Assembly: GCF_004010195.1 (NCBI RefSeq)
Contig: NC_057719.1
Span: forward strand, 58,277,823 to 58,341,822
Reading direction: 5' to 3'
Origin: Chiloscyllium plagiosum
Taxonomy: Eukaryota
DNA: 64,000 nt
Within the stretch, counting starts at the first letter, position 1. Each line of letters starts with the position of its first letter. Under the pieces are notes generated by a model, which did no database searches, had not been told where the DNA came from, and worked only from the letters and a program-made list of their open reading frames with translations. Both the position numbers and the translations under genes were made by a program. This document shows positions 40,082-52,615 of the stretch, in pieces.

Positions 40082-42859
40082 AGACATGCCTATGTCTATA
40101 TTCAAGCCTACCCACCAGACGTAACTTCTTGCCAACATGTTCATTTTGGAGACCCCGAGATGACCCTGGTGGAGTCAGCTAGTATCTGACAGTGACCTTT
40201 GGTCAGGACAATCATTCTTATTCCCCATAATAATATGCTGCCCTTGACTGTGATCTGGTCTCTCGGAGTCCAAAGAGCTTTCAGTTCTGGTTGTGATGTC
40301 CCTTTGGTTTCTCCCATCACCACCAGCTGTTTTAGTTTTGCCAGTACTGGATCTTTCTACTTCCAATGTCTGATATCATCAGCTGTGACTGGGGATATGT
40401 CCAGAAAATTTAAAACCATTCCGGACTCTTTCAATGGCGTATTTGCAAGTGGGAGGCAGCTCAATGAATCCGCATTTGCTACTTGGCCTCTGAGACAGTG
40501 TTTATACTTGTAATTATATGCACTCAGTATTAGAGCCCACTGCTGAATTTGGCCTGAAGCTATGGGCACCACTGCCTGTCCTCTTTAAATAGACTAAATG
40601 GGGATTTGTGGTCTGTTATTGTTACAAATTTACATCTATAGAGATATTGGTGAAAGGTTCTGATTCCAAATATGACTGCCAAAAGTTCCATCTTTATCTG
40701 GGTGTATTTATGCTCCGCATTAGCCAAATTCCTGCATGCATACATTGGGCCACTTATGAACTTATATTACCCCGATGCATGTCAATACCAGCTCTCGCTT
40801 AGGATTGTAGTGTGCTAACACCTTAGAGGGTGATAGCTGTTTCATTACTTCCCGAAAGCTTTGGCTTGGCTATACAACCATTTCCAAGGCTGACCCTTTT
40901 TAAAGAATTTAAAAGGTGCCAGGATGTGGACCAAGTTATGTATGATCTTTCTATAATAATTCACCAGTCCAAAGAAAGATCTAAGCTCTAGTACAGACAA
41001 GGGAAACTTTATTTTCCAACAGGTGTAACTTGGTCTTGTCAACTCTGTAGCCCAAGTATGTTACTTGGAGTGTCTGGAACACACATGTTTCCCTTCTTAG
41101 GTGTACCCTGCCTAAGCAGATGTCTAACTCGATTGTGTCCAACTTCTCTAAGTGCTCCTTATTGGTCTTCTCTATTAGTAGCACATCATCTAGATACATA
41201 ACGACCTGGGGTAGACCTGGCAAAATGGACAAGCTGACAATACCCAAAATGGCAGTCCTGAATATTGGTACAACCCCTTTTGGTTATTAATTGTAGCATA
41301 CTTCTGGGAATCCTCATCTAACTGCAATTACAAGTTTACATGGTTTTATGTCCAGCTTTGTGAAGGACAGACCCCATGCAAGCTTTGTGTATAAATCCTT
41401 CATACATGAGACTGAATATTTATCCAGCTGCGAAAAGCGGTTACCATTTGTTTAAAAATCTTACAAAGGTGAACCAACCGTCAGATTTCAAAATCAGTAT
41501 GGCCTGTGCTGCCCATTCCACAACTGGACTGGTTTGATGAGTCCTTCACTTTTCAGCCTCCTAATTTTTGCCTCTACTTTTTAACACAAAGCAAATGGCA
41601 CTGGGTGGGCCTTGTAGAATCATGAAATTATTTCCTGAAACAACTGTGCCGGTAACAATCTCCATTAGAACTGGATGACCATTAAACCAGAAGTTTATTT
41701 TGATTGGTTCTGATTTCGATATTGCCACGCAATTTAACTGTTCCATGCTAGATGTAGGCTGACTTTCCAGCATGTGCACTCTCCTGGATACCAGCCAATG
41801 AGTTCTTTTCCTCAATTTATCTCTAGTAGGACTTCTTTGCTGTCTCGAATCCACATACTGGCTGCAACTACAATGGCTTGTTGGCCCGAATCCTGAAGAA
41901 AAGTTTACCGTTATGCTGAGGCTTGGCTTTGTTTTGGGGTTTTGCTGTGGGCTGACTGACAATCTCTCCTTTCAGGATATGTTCTGAGTGAAGCCATGCA
42001 ATTACCTTCATTTCAAATGGTATTCCCCAAGCTCAGACAGACTGGCGGGGGTATCCATTTCCATTGGAATACCCTGTAACTCATAAACTCCACTTGCTGC
42101 ATTTTCCAATCATTTGTAGTGCCTGGTTGAAGTCCAGTTAAGCTTCACCTGGACAGTGCTTTTGCATGATAACATCATTAATTGCACATACCAAATGGTT
42201 TTTCACCATCTCATTAAGGGTTAAACCAAAGTCACTTGTCTCTACCAGTCATCTTAACCTAGTCAAAAATCCCAATACAGATTCATCTGGTTCTCAAATT
42301 GCCCAGTAAAAATGATAGCATCTCAGAATTAGAGGAGATTCGGGCCATAATATTATTAACGAAGTCTGTCTACTCTTGAAAAGTTTTAGTATCTGGTGCC
42401 TCAGGGAAAGTTAGGTTCCTAATAACAGAAAAAGCTGCAGGTCCACAAGCTATCAGGAGAATTCCTTGTTACTTTTCATGTGCCCCAAAAAATATGCATT
42501 TTTTCCACATACTGGGTCCAGTCTTCAATAACACAGTCAAATGAGTCAAGCTTTCCAAATAATGGCATGATGCTATAAAAGCTTACATCATCTCAAAGAT
42601 GACTGTTGTGAGTGAGTTTCTTCAGGATATTTTTTACTCTCTTAGCCACGGAAATAACTCCACTGAAGCCGGTATCACCAAGCCACCCTTTATTTATATA
42701 TGGAAAGTCATTAACTCAGAGCCGGCTCACAGTGTATCAGAATGACATTTCTCTTTTTATTTTCTAGTGAGGGGTCCCTGATTAGACCAGATTAACAGAC
42801 TCAATCAAGGAACTCATACTCTATGAAGTCCACCTGGCAACTTCGTTACAATCACTACA
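40082..42859 (-). mobile_element. Decayed Gypsy/Ty3 LTR retrotransposon (5' LTR, gag, protease, RT, RNase H, start of integrase)
   Basis: LTR starts TGTAGTG at 42859 and ends near 42651. gag MPLFGKLDSFD starts at 42568. RT YLDDVL; RNase H YTQIKMELLAVIFGI; integrase zinc-binding region MLARSYVWW. The 3' end is lost. Confidence 0.88.
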
Positions 42860-43559
42860 ATATTGTACAGAACTTGGGTATTGCTGAGAAATACAATTTC
42901 ATTGAAGACTTTTGTTCTGCACTCATCAGGACCATTCACAGGAATACCAATCCCCGGAGAAAACCAACAGTTATACTTCATGAGAGGAGAATGCTGAGTG
43001 ATTGGTAAGTAGGCCCTGATTAGTCAATGCATTTTCATAGAGAATGCAATCACGAATGTCCATTTACAGTTAATTGCCAGGCTTTGATAAAATTTTTATT
43101 CATCCTGTCCAACTTCATTTTGATTTATCTCCATCCTCCTCTCCTCATGTCTCCCTCAACTTTGCATGTAAATTAATCAACTAGAGAATACAGGTAATTT
43201 ACTGGTGGTGGCTACTGGTGAAAAAAATGCCATGGGCGAATTGCAACAGTCAAGAAAAACAATTTGTAAGAGCACTCTGGATGTGGAAAATTTAAAAAAA
43301 ATATTTTTAATTTTAAATCAGGGCATTTCCTAAGACATGAATCAGTAAATTGCTGTTACCTATTCCATCGAGTTGAAATAGACATTGTACGTATACATAA
43401 TATTTTGGTCAGCAAACAATAGGACCCTATACATTAATATATACAGCTTCCTGTATACACAAGAGTGCCACACTACAAGGCTAATTGGTCATTTTAACTA
43501 GGTTTATTGTTAGCTTACATCACAAACAATAATGTCACTACATACTAAATTCAATCAGT

Positions 43560-46500
43560 GATCAGAGACAGCAGGGTGTGACTGCAAGTGAGGCAGGTAG
43601 GGGGACCCTGAGTTCAGGAACGGAGGAGCCTCAACTCTTTGCGTAGTTCAACAGGTATGAGGAGTTGCTCCCTGTGTAAATGAGGAAAAAGGCTGCAGGG
43701 AGGATGAGCCAGCTGACCAAGGCACCATGGTAAGGGTGGGCAATTCAAGAGGGTGGAGAAAAAAGACAAGTGGTAGTTGTAGGGGACTCATTATAATTAG
43801 GGGCAGAGATAGTATCCTTTCTAAGCAGGATCATGAGTCCCGCATGGTATGTTGCCTGCCTGGTGACAGTGTACAGGATATCTCTGATTGGCTTGAAAGG
43901 ATATAGGAGCGAGAGGGTGAAGATCCAGTTGTCATCGTCCATGTTGGAACAAACAATATAGGCGAGGCTAGGAAGGAAGACCTGTTTGGGGATTATTATG
44001 CACAAGGAACAACATTAAGAAATAGGTCCTCAAGGGTTATAATCACTGGATTACTATCCAAGCCACATGCAAACTGGCTTAGGGATAAGAAAATTATGGA
44101 AGTAATCTTGCGGCTAAAGGAGTGGTGTGGGGAAGAGGGGTTCCATTTATGGGGCATTGACATCAGTTTTGGAACAGGGGGTGTTCTGTACTGGTGGGAC
44201 GGTCTCCACCTGAACCAATCTGGAACAGGTGTTCTCGTGAAAAGAATAATTGGAGTGGTCACTAGGATTTTTAAACTCGTGATTCAGGTGAAAGGGAAAG
44301 CGACAGGAAGCAAGGTTGTAAATGAAAAGGAAAACAGCAAGATAGTATGTATGCAGGAAGGTTTAACTACATGGCAGATTATGAAAGAAGTAAAAAGGAA
44401 GGATAACTCAGGAGATATTATTATTGAAGATGTTGGAATTCGTAAAAAGGGTACAAAAACTAGACTAAGGGCATTTTACCTGAATGCTCATAGCATTTGT
44501 GACAAGGTAGATGAGTTAACGCCACAAATCATTGCGATTGAATATGATTTAGTAGTCATTGCGGAGACATGGTTGCAGGATGGTCACACCTGGGAGTTAA
44601 ATATCCAAGTGTATCATACTGTTCGGAAGGACAGACAGGGAAGTAAGGAAGATGGTGTAGCTCTGACATTTAAAGATGACATCAGGACGGTGATGAGACA
44701 TGGAGAATAAGGATGAATTCATTTGGTTGGAAATTAGAAATTCGAAGGAGAAAATGTTGCTGACAGATGTAGACTATAAGCCACCAAATAATAATATCAC
44801 ATTGGCGTAGGTAATAAACAAAGCAACAACTAATGTCTGTAAAAATAGTATTAGCATTTAGCAATTAGCATGGGGGATTTTAATCTGCATGTGAATTGAT
44901 TTAACCAGGTCAGACAGGTGAGCCTTGAAGAAGAGTTCATTGAATGTATCTGTGATAATTTTGTTGAACAATATGCAATGGAACTGACAAGGAAGCAAGC
45001 TATCTGGTCCTGTGTAATGAGACAGGAATAATTAATGATGTCATAGAGATTGTCTTGGAAGAAGCAATCACAGTTTGGTCGAATTTAGAATGTGGATGGA
45101 AAGTGCAAAGATAAAATCCAATACCAGAGTCCAGTGCTGAAACAAAGGAGACGATAATGGGATGAAGGAGGAGTGGCTAAAGTAGACTGGAAGCAAAGAC
45201 TTTATGGTGGTACAGTTGACAAACAGTTCAAAGCAATTTTTCAAAGTGCTCGACAAAAATATGTACTAGTGAAAAGAAAGAACTGTAGAAAAAGTGGTAA
45301 TCTGCAGATGGTGTTTAATTTAAATAAATGTGAGGTGCTGCATTTTGGGAAAGCAAACCTTAGCAGGACTTATACGCTTAATGATAAGGTCCTAGGGAGT
45401 GTTGCTGAACAAAGAGACCTTGGAGAGCAAGTTAAGTTCCTTGGAAGTAGCGTCGGGTAGATAGGATAGTGAAGAAGGCGTTTGGTATGCTTTCTTTTAT
45501 TGGTCTGAGTATTGAGTACAGGAGTTGGGAAGTCATGTTGCGGCTGTATGGAACAATGGTTAGGCCACTTTTGGAATACTGCGTGCAAGTCTGGTCTCTT
45601 TCCTATAGGAAGGATGTTGTGAAACTTGAAAGGGTTCAGAAAAGATTTATAAAGATGTTGTCAGGATTGGAGGATTTGAGCAAAAGGGGGAGGTTGAATA
45701 GGCTGGGGCTGTTTTCCCTGAAGTGGCGGAGGCTGAGGAGTGACCTTATAGAGGTTTACAAAATCATGAGGGGCATGGATAGGGCAAATAGACAAGATCT
45801 TTTCCCTGGGGTGGGGGAGTCCAGAACTAGAGGGGATAGGTTGAGGGTGAGAGGGGAAAGATATAAAAGATACCTAAGGGGCAACTTTTTCACACAGAGG
45901 GTGGTGCGTGTGTGGAATGGGCTGCTAGAGGAAGTGGTGGAGGCTAGTACAATTGCAACATTTAAAGGCATCTGGAGGGGTATATGAATAGGAAGGGTTT
46001 TGAGGGATATGGGCCCTGTGCTGGCAGGTGGGACTAGATTGGGTTGGGATATCTGGTCAGCATGGACGAGTTGGACCGAAGGGTCTGTTTCTGTGCTGTA
46101 CATCTCTATGACTCTATGCCATGGGTGTCTAAGGAAATAAGGGAGGCTATCAATTTGAAAGAGAAGGTATACAAAATGGCCAAGATCAAAGGGAAACTAC
46201 AAGATTGGGAACACTTTAAAAGTCAACAGAAAGACACAAAAAGACCTATAAAGAAAAGTAACATATATTATGAGAATAAACCAGCTTAACATATAAAGAC
46301 AGATAGCAAAAGTTTCTATAAATATATAAAACAAAAAAGACTGGTTAAAGTAAACATTAGTCCTTTAGAGAATGAGAAGCAGGATTTAGTAATGGGATCT
46401 GAGGAAATGGCTCAGGCACTGAACAGGTATTTTGTGTCGGTCTTCACAGTGGAGGCCATGAATAACTTGCCAGTAATTGACAAAGAGATGAGGTAGGTGA

Positions 46501-48111
46501 GGACCTGGAAACAATCATTATCACAAACGAGGTAGTGTTGGGCAAGCTAATGGAGCTCAAGGTAGACAAGTCTCTTGGCCCTGATGTCACGCAGGTGCTA
46601 AAGCGATTGCGAGAGAAATAACAAATTCACTTGTGGAAATTTTCCAAAATTCACTGGAGTGAGCGGCAGTTCCAGCAAATTGGAAAACAGCAAATGTGAT
46701 ACCACTGTTTAAAATGGGAGGTAAACAAAGATGGGGAATTAGGGACCAGTTAGCTTAACTTCTGTATTGGGGAATGCTGGAGTCCATTATCAAGGAAAGA
46801 ATAGCAAGGCATCTGGATAGAAATTGTCTCATCGGGCAGATGCAGCATAGGTTCACAAAGGACAGATTTACTAATCGTTTGGAATTCAATGAAGACATTA
46901 TGAACATAGTGGACAACAGGGACGTAGTAGATGTGCTGCAGCTAGATTTCCAAAAGGCATTTGACAAGGTGCCACACAAAAGGCTGCTGCATAAGATAAA
47001 GGTGCATGGCGTTATGGACAATATATGAGCATGGATAGAGGATTGGGTAGCCAATAGGAAGCAAAGAGTGGGAATAAATGAGTGATTCTAGTTGGCAAAC
47101 AGTGACTAGTAGTGTGTTTCAGGGATCAATGTTGGTCTGCATTTATTCACAATTTACATCGATGATTTGGAGTTGGCGACCACGTGCAGTGTGTCAAAAT
47201 TTGCTGATGTCACTAAGGTGAGTGGTAGAGCAAAGTGTGCAGAGGACTGTGAAACCTTGCAAAGGGAAGTAGATAGTTTAAGTGAGTGGGCAAAGGTCTG
47301 GCAGATGGAGTACAAAATTAATAAATGTGAAGTCATCCATTTTGGTCAGAATGACAGTAAAATGGACTATTACTTGAATGATAAAAATTGCAGCATGCTA
47401 CTGTGCAGACTGACCTGGGTGTCCTTGTGTATGAATCACAGAAAGTTGGACTGCAGATGCAACAGGTAATTAAGAAGGCAAATGGAATTTTATCCTTTCT
47501 TGATAAAAGGATTCAGCTTAAAAGCAGAGCGATTATGTTACAACTGTATAAGGTGCTGGTAAGGCCACACCTGCAGTTTTGATCTCCTTACTTGAGAAAG
47601 GATATACTGGCACTAGAAGGAGTGCAGACAAAGTTCACCAGGTAGATTCTGGAGTTGAGGGTGTTGACTTATGAGGAGAGACTGAGTAGACTGGGATTAT
47701 ATTCATTGGAATTTAAAAGGATGAGGAGGGATCTTATAGAAACATATAAAATTGTGAACGGACTAGATATGAAAGTAGAGAGGATGCTTCCACTGGCAGG
47801 TGAAACTGGGACAGAGGGCATAGCCTCAAGATTAGGGGGAGCAGATTTAGGACTGAATTGAGAAGGAACTTCTTCACCACAGGATTGTGAATCTATGGAA
47901 TTCCCTGCCCAATGAAGTGGTTGAGGTTTCCTCAGTAAACGTTTTTAAAGCTAAAATAGGTAATATTTTTGAACAGTAAAGGAATCAAGGGTTTTAGTGA
48001 AAGGGCAGGTAAGTGGAGCTGAGGCCACAAAAAGATCAGCCATGGTCTTGTTTAATGGCAGAGGTGTGAAGGGCCAGATGACCTACTCTTGTACATAGTT
48101 CTTATGTTCTT
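43560..48111 (+). mobile_element. Near full-length decayed CR1 LINE with a younger CR1 nested inside
   Basis: ORF1 esterase VVVGDS and DGLHLN; endonuclease YLNAHSI and AETWL; RT LDFQKAFDKVPH; TTCTTATG tail. Confidence 0.9.
45306..46116 (+). mobile_element. Younger CR1 3' fragment nested in the 43560-48111 element
   Basis: 172-aa CR1 C-terminal ORF with CTCTATGA tail; the host ORF2 resumes at (C)CATGGGTGTCT. Confidence 0.9.
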
Positions 48112-48339
48112 TTATTCATAGTGTGGTCCCTGATGTTACAAAGGATGAGTCTTGCAATACTACCATGTAATGCTGTATTCAGTTGAACCATGTTCTATCT
48201 ACCGATTATGAACTTATCACTGAAAAATATTTATCACGATAATTAATTGGAAAGTGATTTTCATTTAACATCTCAAGGCTCTACAGAAAAAAGTTGCTGG
48301 ATTATTTCATGAAATTTAATGAGCAGACAAAGTTATTTG

Positions 48340-49170
48340 GCATCATGTTACATTTCCAGAACTTTTAATGAGACTTCAAGGCGTAACCTAGCTGGTGGTG
48401 AGTCACTGTCAGTTTCTTTGGACACCTCTTATATCTGAGAGGTTATTTTGCTTTCTGTTCTCAGTGTGGCTATGGTATGGAAGAAACTATAATCCACCTC
48501 CATCTGGAATGTATTTTTGTAAATGATGCCTGGAAAGAGATGCAGTGTTTATTTTTGGGTACAATCCAAGTAGCTGAATTGTACAAGTTATTCCTGGAAA
48601 TAACAAAGAAAAACAATAACTGCTGTTAGAAGACTATTAAGGCAATGAATGATGCTCTTTGGTCCATCTCTGGATCTTTCTTGCTTTCCAGTGCAAGGAC
48701 CTGACAAAGATCAAGAATCGCAGACTGACAGAGATTAAGCACTGTATTGAGGGGCACACTTTACCCTCCAACCACAAGGGATGAATGCAGATTTCTCCAG
48801 CTTTCTCATTTCCCCTCCCCCCATCTTTTCTCAGTCCCAACCCTCAGACTCAGCCATGCCTTCTTGACCTGCAATCTTCTTCCTGACCTCTCCGCCCCAC
48901 CCCCTCTCCGGCCTATCACCCTCACCTTAACCTCCTTCCACCTATCGTATTCCCAAAGCCCCTCCCCCAAGTCCCTCCTCCTTACCTTTTATCTTAGCCT
49001 GCTTGGCACACCCTCCTCATTCCTGAAGAAAGGCTTATGCCCGAAACGTCGATTCTCCTGTTCCTTTGATGCTGCCTGACCTGCTGCGCTTTTCCAGCAA
49101 CACATTTTTAAGGGCACACCTTAAAACTTGGTACTGTAAAAACAGGGACTTATTTGAGAAAATTATAAGC
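48340..49170 (+). mobile_element. Ancient Tx1/L1-like ORF2 C-terminal relic (zinc-knuckle region)
   Basis: CGYGMEETIIHLHLECIFVNDAWKEMQ resembles the CxxC-x8-H-x4-C zf-RVT motif; interrupted by a PLE fragment. Confidence 0.55.
48760..49111 (+). mobile_element. Penelope-like family A 3' fragment with hammerhead motif (49023) and 8-bp TSD
   Basis: GGGCACAC at 48752-48759 and 49112-49119; CTGAAGA...GGC-TTAT-GCC-C-GAAA-CG-TC. Confidence 0.8.
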
Positions 49171-49784
49171 CCTTTCAATATAGATACTAATAGATTGGAG
49201 GCAATGGAAAGTCGTTGGGCTGTTTACACCAGACAATAGTTAAAATGTAAATGTGGTTACAATATGCATTGTGTTATACATTATATTAACAATCTACCTG
49301 CATTGCTGTTTTTATACTACCACACTTGAATTGTATGGCAACAGACTTTTATAGATTTTGTGAATACAGCTTTTTTTTGAAAAATGCTTTAATTGCCTGA
49401 TTAGAAGCTAACTGATTAAATGGCTCTCTTTCTGAAAGGAGGTAGCTAAATACTTTCTATATCATTTAACACACATTTTGGATTTGATTCAAGACAAAAG
49501 CCTCTGTAGATGGAATAAGTAACTGCTTTTGAAATTTCTGATTCCAATTTTGCGAATTTCAGATGAATAAATCCATTTATTTTATATTTAGCATTGTACA
49601 ATAAATCAATCTATCTGATCATTAACACTGTTGTTAATTGTTCAATAATGTATTTAGTTGTTTGACTATTCATACCACAAGTTCCCCTTTAGCTGTTTTC
49701 ACATTGTGCCATCAACATCCCATAAAGATTCAATGTCTAGTTGGTCCCACAGCTCCTCCAATCGCCTAAATCCTTATTCTGATT

Positions 49785-52615
49785 TTTTTCAAGATGCCAG
49801 ATCAAAGGTTACTGCATAAAATAAGAGCTCATGGTGAAGGGGTTAACATTTCTGCATGGATAGCGGATTGGTTACCTATCAGGTAGTAGAAAGATAGGTG
49901 TAAATAGGTAATTTTCTTGTTTGCAATTTGAAATTACCAGATTTCCAAAATCAGAGACTTAAAATGAAAGGACCAAATGTATGGGCGCTAAATTTGCTGT
50001 AAATCAAAGACTGATAGGAAAATAAGTTGGGAACAAGACATTCGGAACTTGCAATGTGATATGAACAGATTAAAAGAGTGGGCAAAGGTTTGGCAGATGG
50101 AGAATAATGTGTGAAAGGGTGAATTTGTCCACCATGAGAAAAGCCCTGATAGGAAAGGCTAATAAATCCCGAGGGCCCAATAACCTACATTCCAGACAAC
50201 TTAAGGAAGAGCCTCTTTTCTTATCTGAGAAAGTGTGTTCTGGCTATGGAGGGAGAACATTGAAGATTTACCAGACCTGGCATGGCAGGTCTGATGTATG
50301 AAGAGAAACTGGAATGGTTAAAATAATACTATCCCAGGTTTAGAAATAGTGGATGATTCATCGTCATCTTTCAAGATTCTACAGACTCCAGGGCAGTTCC
50401 CACAGATTGGAGGGTACCTAATGTAACCCCACTATTTAAAAAGATGGAGAGAAAATGGAGAATAATAGACCAGTTAGCCTGACATTGGTGGTGGGAAATG
50501 TTAGTCCATGAGAAAAAAATTAATTGCAGAGCACTTGGTAAACAGTGACAGGATTAGACAGAGTCAGTATAATTTACAAAAGGAAAACCATGCTTGGCAA
50601 ATCTATTACATTTTTTCAAGGATGTAACTAGTAGAACTAATAAGGGGAACAACTGGATTTTGGACGTTGAGAGGGTTTTGATAAGGTTCCACATAACAGT
50701 GCAGCAGATTGGGTGTAGTGTAGTGTATCAACATAGGTAGAGAACTGGTTAGCAGAAATAAAAAAAAATTGGATCTTTTCTGAAGTGGCAAGCTGTGACT
50801 AGTGAGTTACACAAAGAATCTATAATTTATTTCATTAATTTTGGAGGTATTACATTTAGTTTCCTCATCTACTTTATTATTCTAATATGTGAGCAGGGAT
50901 GCCTTGCTGGAATTGCACTGGTGAGTATTGTGCAGTATTGTGTATAGTTTTGAACATCTTACCTGAGAATGGATATTCCAGCTGTGGAAAAAGTGCACTG
51001 AATTTTTACCAGACTAATTTCCTGAGATGGCAAAACTTATGTACGATGAGAGACAGGAACAATTAGGACAATATTTGCTTGGGTTTAGAAGAATGAGGAG
51101 AGGAATCCCAGAGAAACCAAGACATTCTAACAAGGGAAATGCATGGAGGATGATCCCAATTAGTGGGGAGCCCAGAGCCAGAGTAAGGGTGCAGGACAAG
51201 TCATTTAGGACTGAGTAGGTGAGAAGTTTCTTCACCCAGTAATGAGCCTGTGGAATCCTCTGCCACAGAGAACGGTTGAGGCCAAACCATTGAATATTTT
51301 CAAGAAGCAGTTAGATTTCGTTCTTCATACTAGATGAATCAAATGGATAAAACAGGAACAGAGAACTGAGTTGGACAATCAGCTGTAATCTTGTTGAATG
51401 AGAGAATAGGCTCAACAGACCAAGTGGTCTAAACCTGATTCTATTTTCTCTGTTTCTATATCGGTGTCCTGGTATATCAGTCACACAAAGTTAGTACAGG
51501 GGTGTATTCAGGTACACCAGATGATTAGAAAGGGAAATAGAATGTTGTGTCTTACTGCAAAGGGAATAGAATATACGAGAAGAGATATTTTCCTATAGTT
51601 GTACAGGACATTGGCGAAAATACATCTAGAATATTACATAGAGTTTCCTAATTTAAGAAAGGACATAATTGCATTTGTAATATTTCAGAGAAGGTTCCAT
51701 CAACTATTTTGTAGGAAAAGGAATTAGCTTATGAGGTAAAGTAGGTCAGGTTCTTCTATTCCTGCTCGGTCTGCATCATTGGAGTTTAGAAAAATGTGAA
51801 ATCTGTTTAACTCTTTCTTAAGAGTGTATGTCAGTGGCATTTGTTGCTGATCTCTAATTTATCTTTAGCTAAATGGCTTGCTTGACCACTTGAAAGGTCA
51901 GAGTCGAAAAGTGTGGCATTGGAAAGCCACAGCAGTTCAGACAGAATCTGAGGAGCAGGAGAACTGACATTTCGGGCATCAGCCCTTCATCAGGAATAGC
52001 TTTCTCCATGTCAAAAATCAGTTAAGAATCAGTCACATTATAAAACATTTGGAGTCACAAGTAGGCAGATATTGTTTCTTAAATAGATTAGTGAACCTGA
52101 AGGGTGTTTCCAACAATCTACAATATTATTTATTATTTATATATTTATTATTAATGAGACCAGCTTTTAATTCCAGATTTTATTAGTTGAATTTAAATTC
52201 CACTAGCTGCTGTATCAACTTCCAGTGACATTACCATGAAAGGACCATCTCTTCTTATTACAGCTTATGAAGTCCAGAGGGGACTTAACAGAGTGAATAC
52301 TGAAAGGATGTTTCTCCTTGTGATTTGAAGAACTATCAACACCATTAGAAATTAGTAGGTCTTCCATTTTAGACAGAGGTAAGACATTTTTCTCTCAGAG
52401 CATTGCAATTCTGTGAAACTTTCTCCCAGAAAGCAGTATAGACAGAGCCACTGAATTTTAAATAAATCAACTGAACCTTAACTAACAACGGAGCCAAAGA
52501 GTATTGATAGTAGGCAGGAAAGTGAAAGTAAGGCAATAATCATATCAAACATGATCTTATCAAATGGCATAACAGCCTAGAGACGTTCAAGACCAGTCCT
52601 GCTCCTAATTTGGAA
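49785..52615 (+). mobile_element. Cluster of old, nested CR1 fragments, plus a family A PLE terminus on minus at about 51896-51997
   Basis: Degenerate RT and 3' segments; minus strand CTGATGA-A-GGGC-TGAT-GCCC-GAAA-TG-TC with the core at 51993-51987. Confidence 0.65.
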
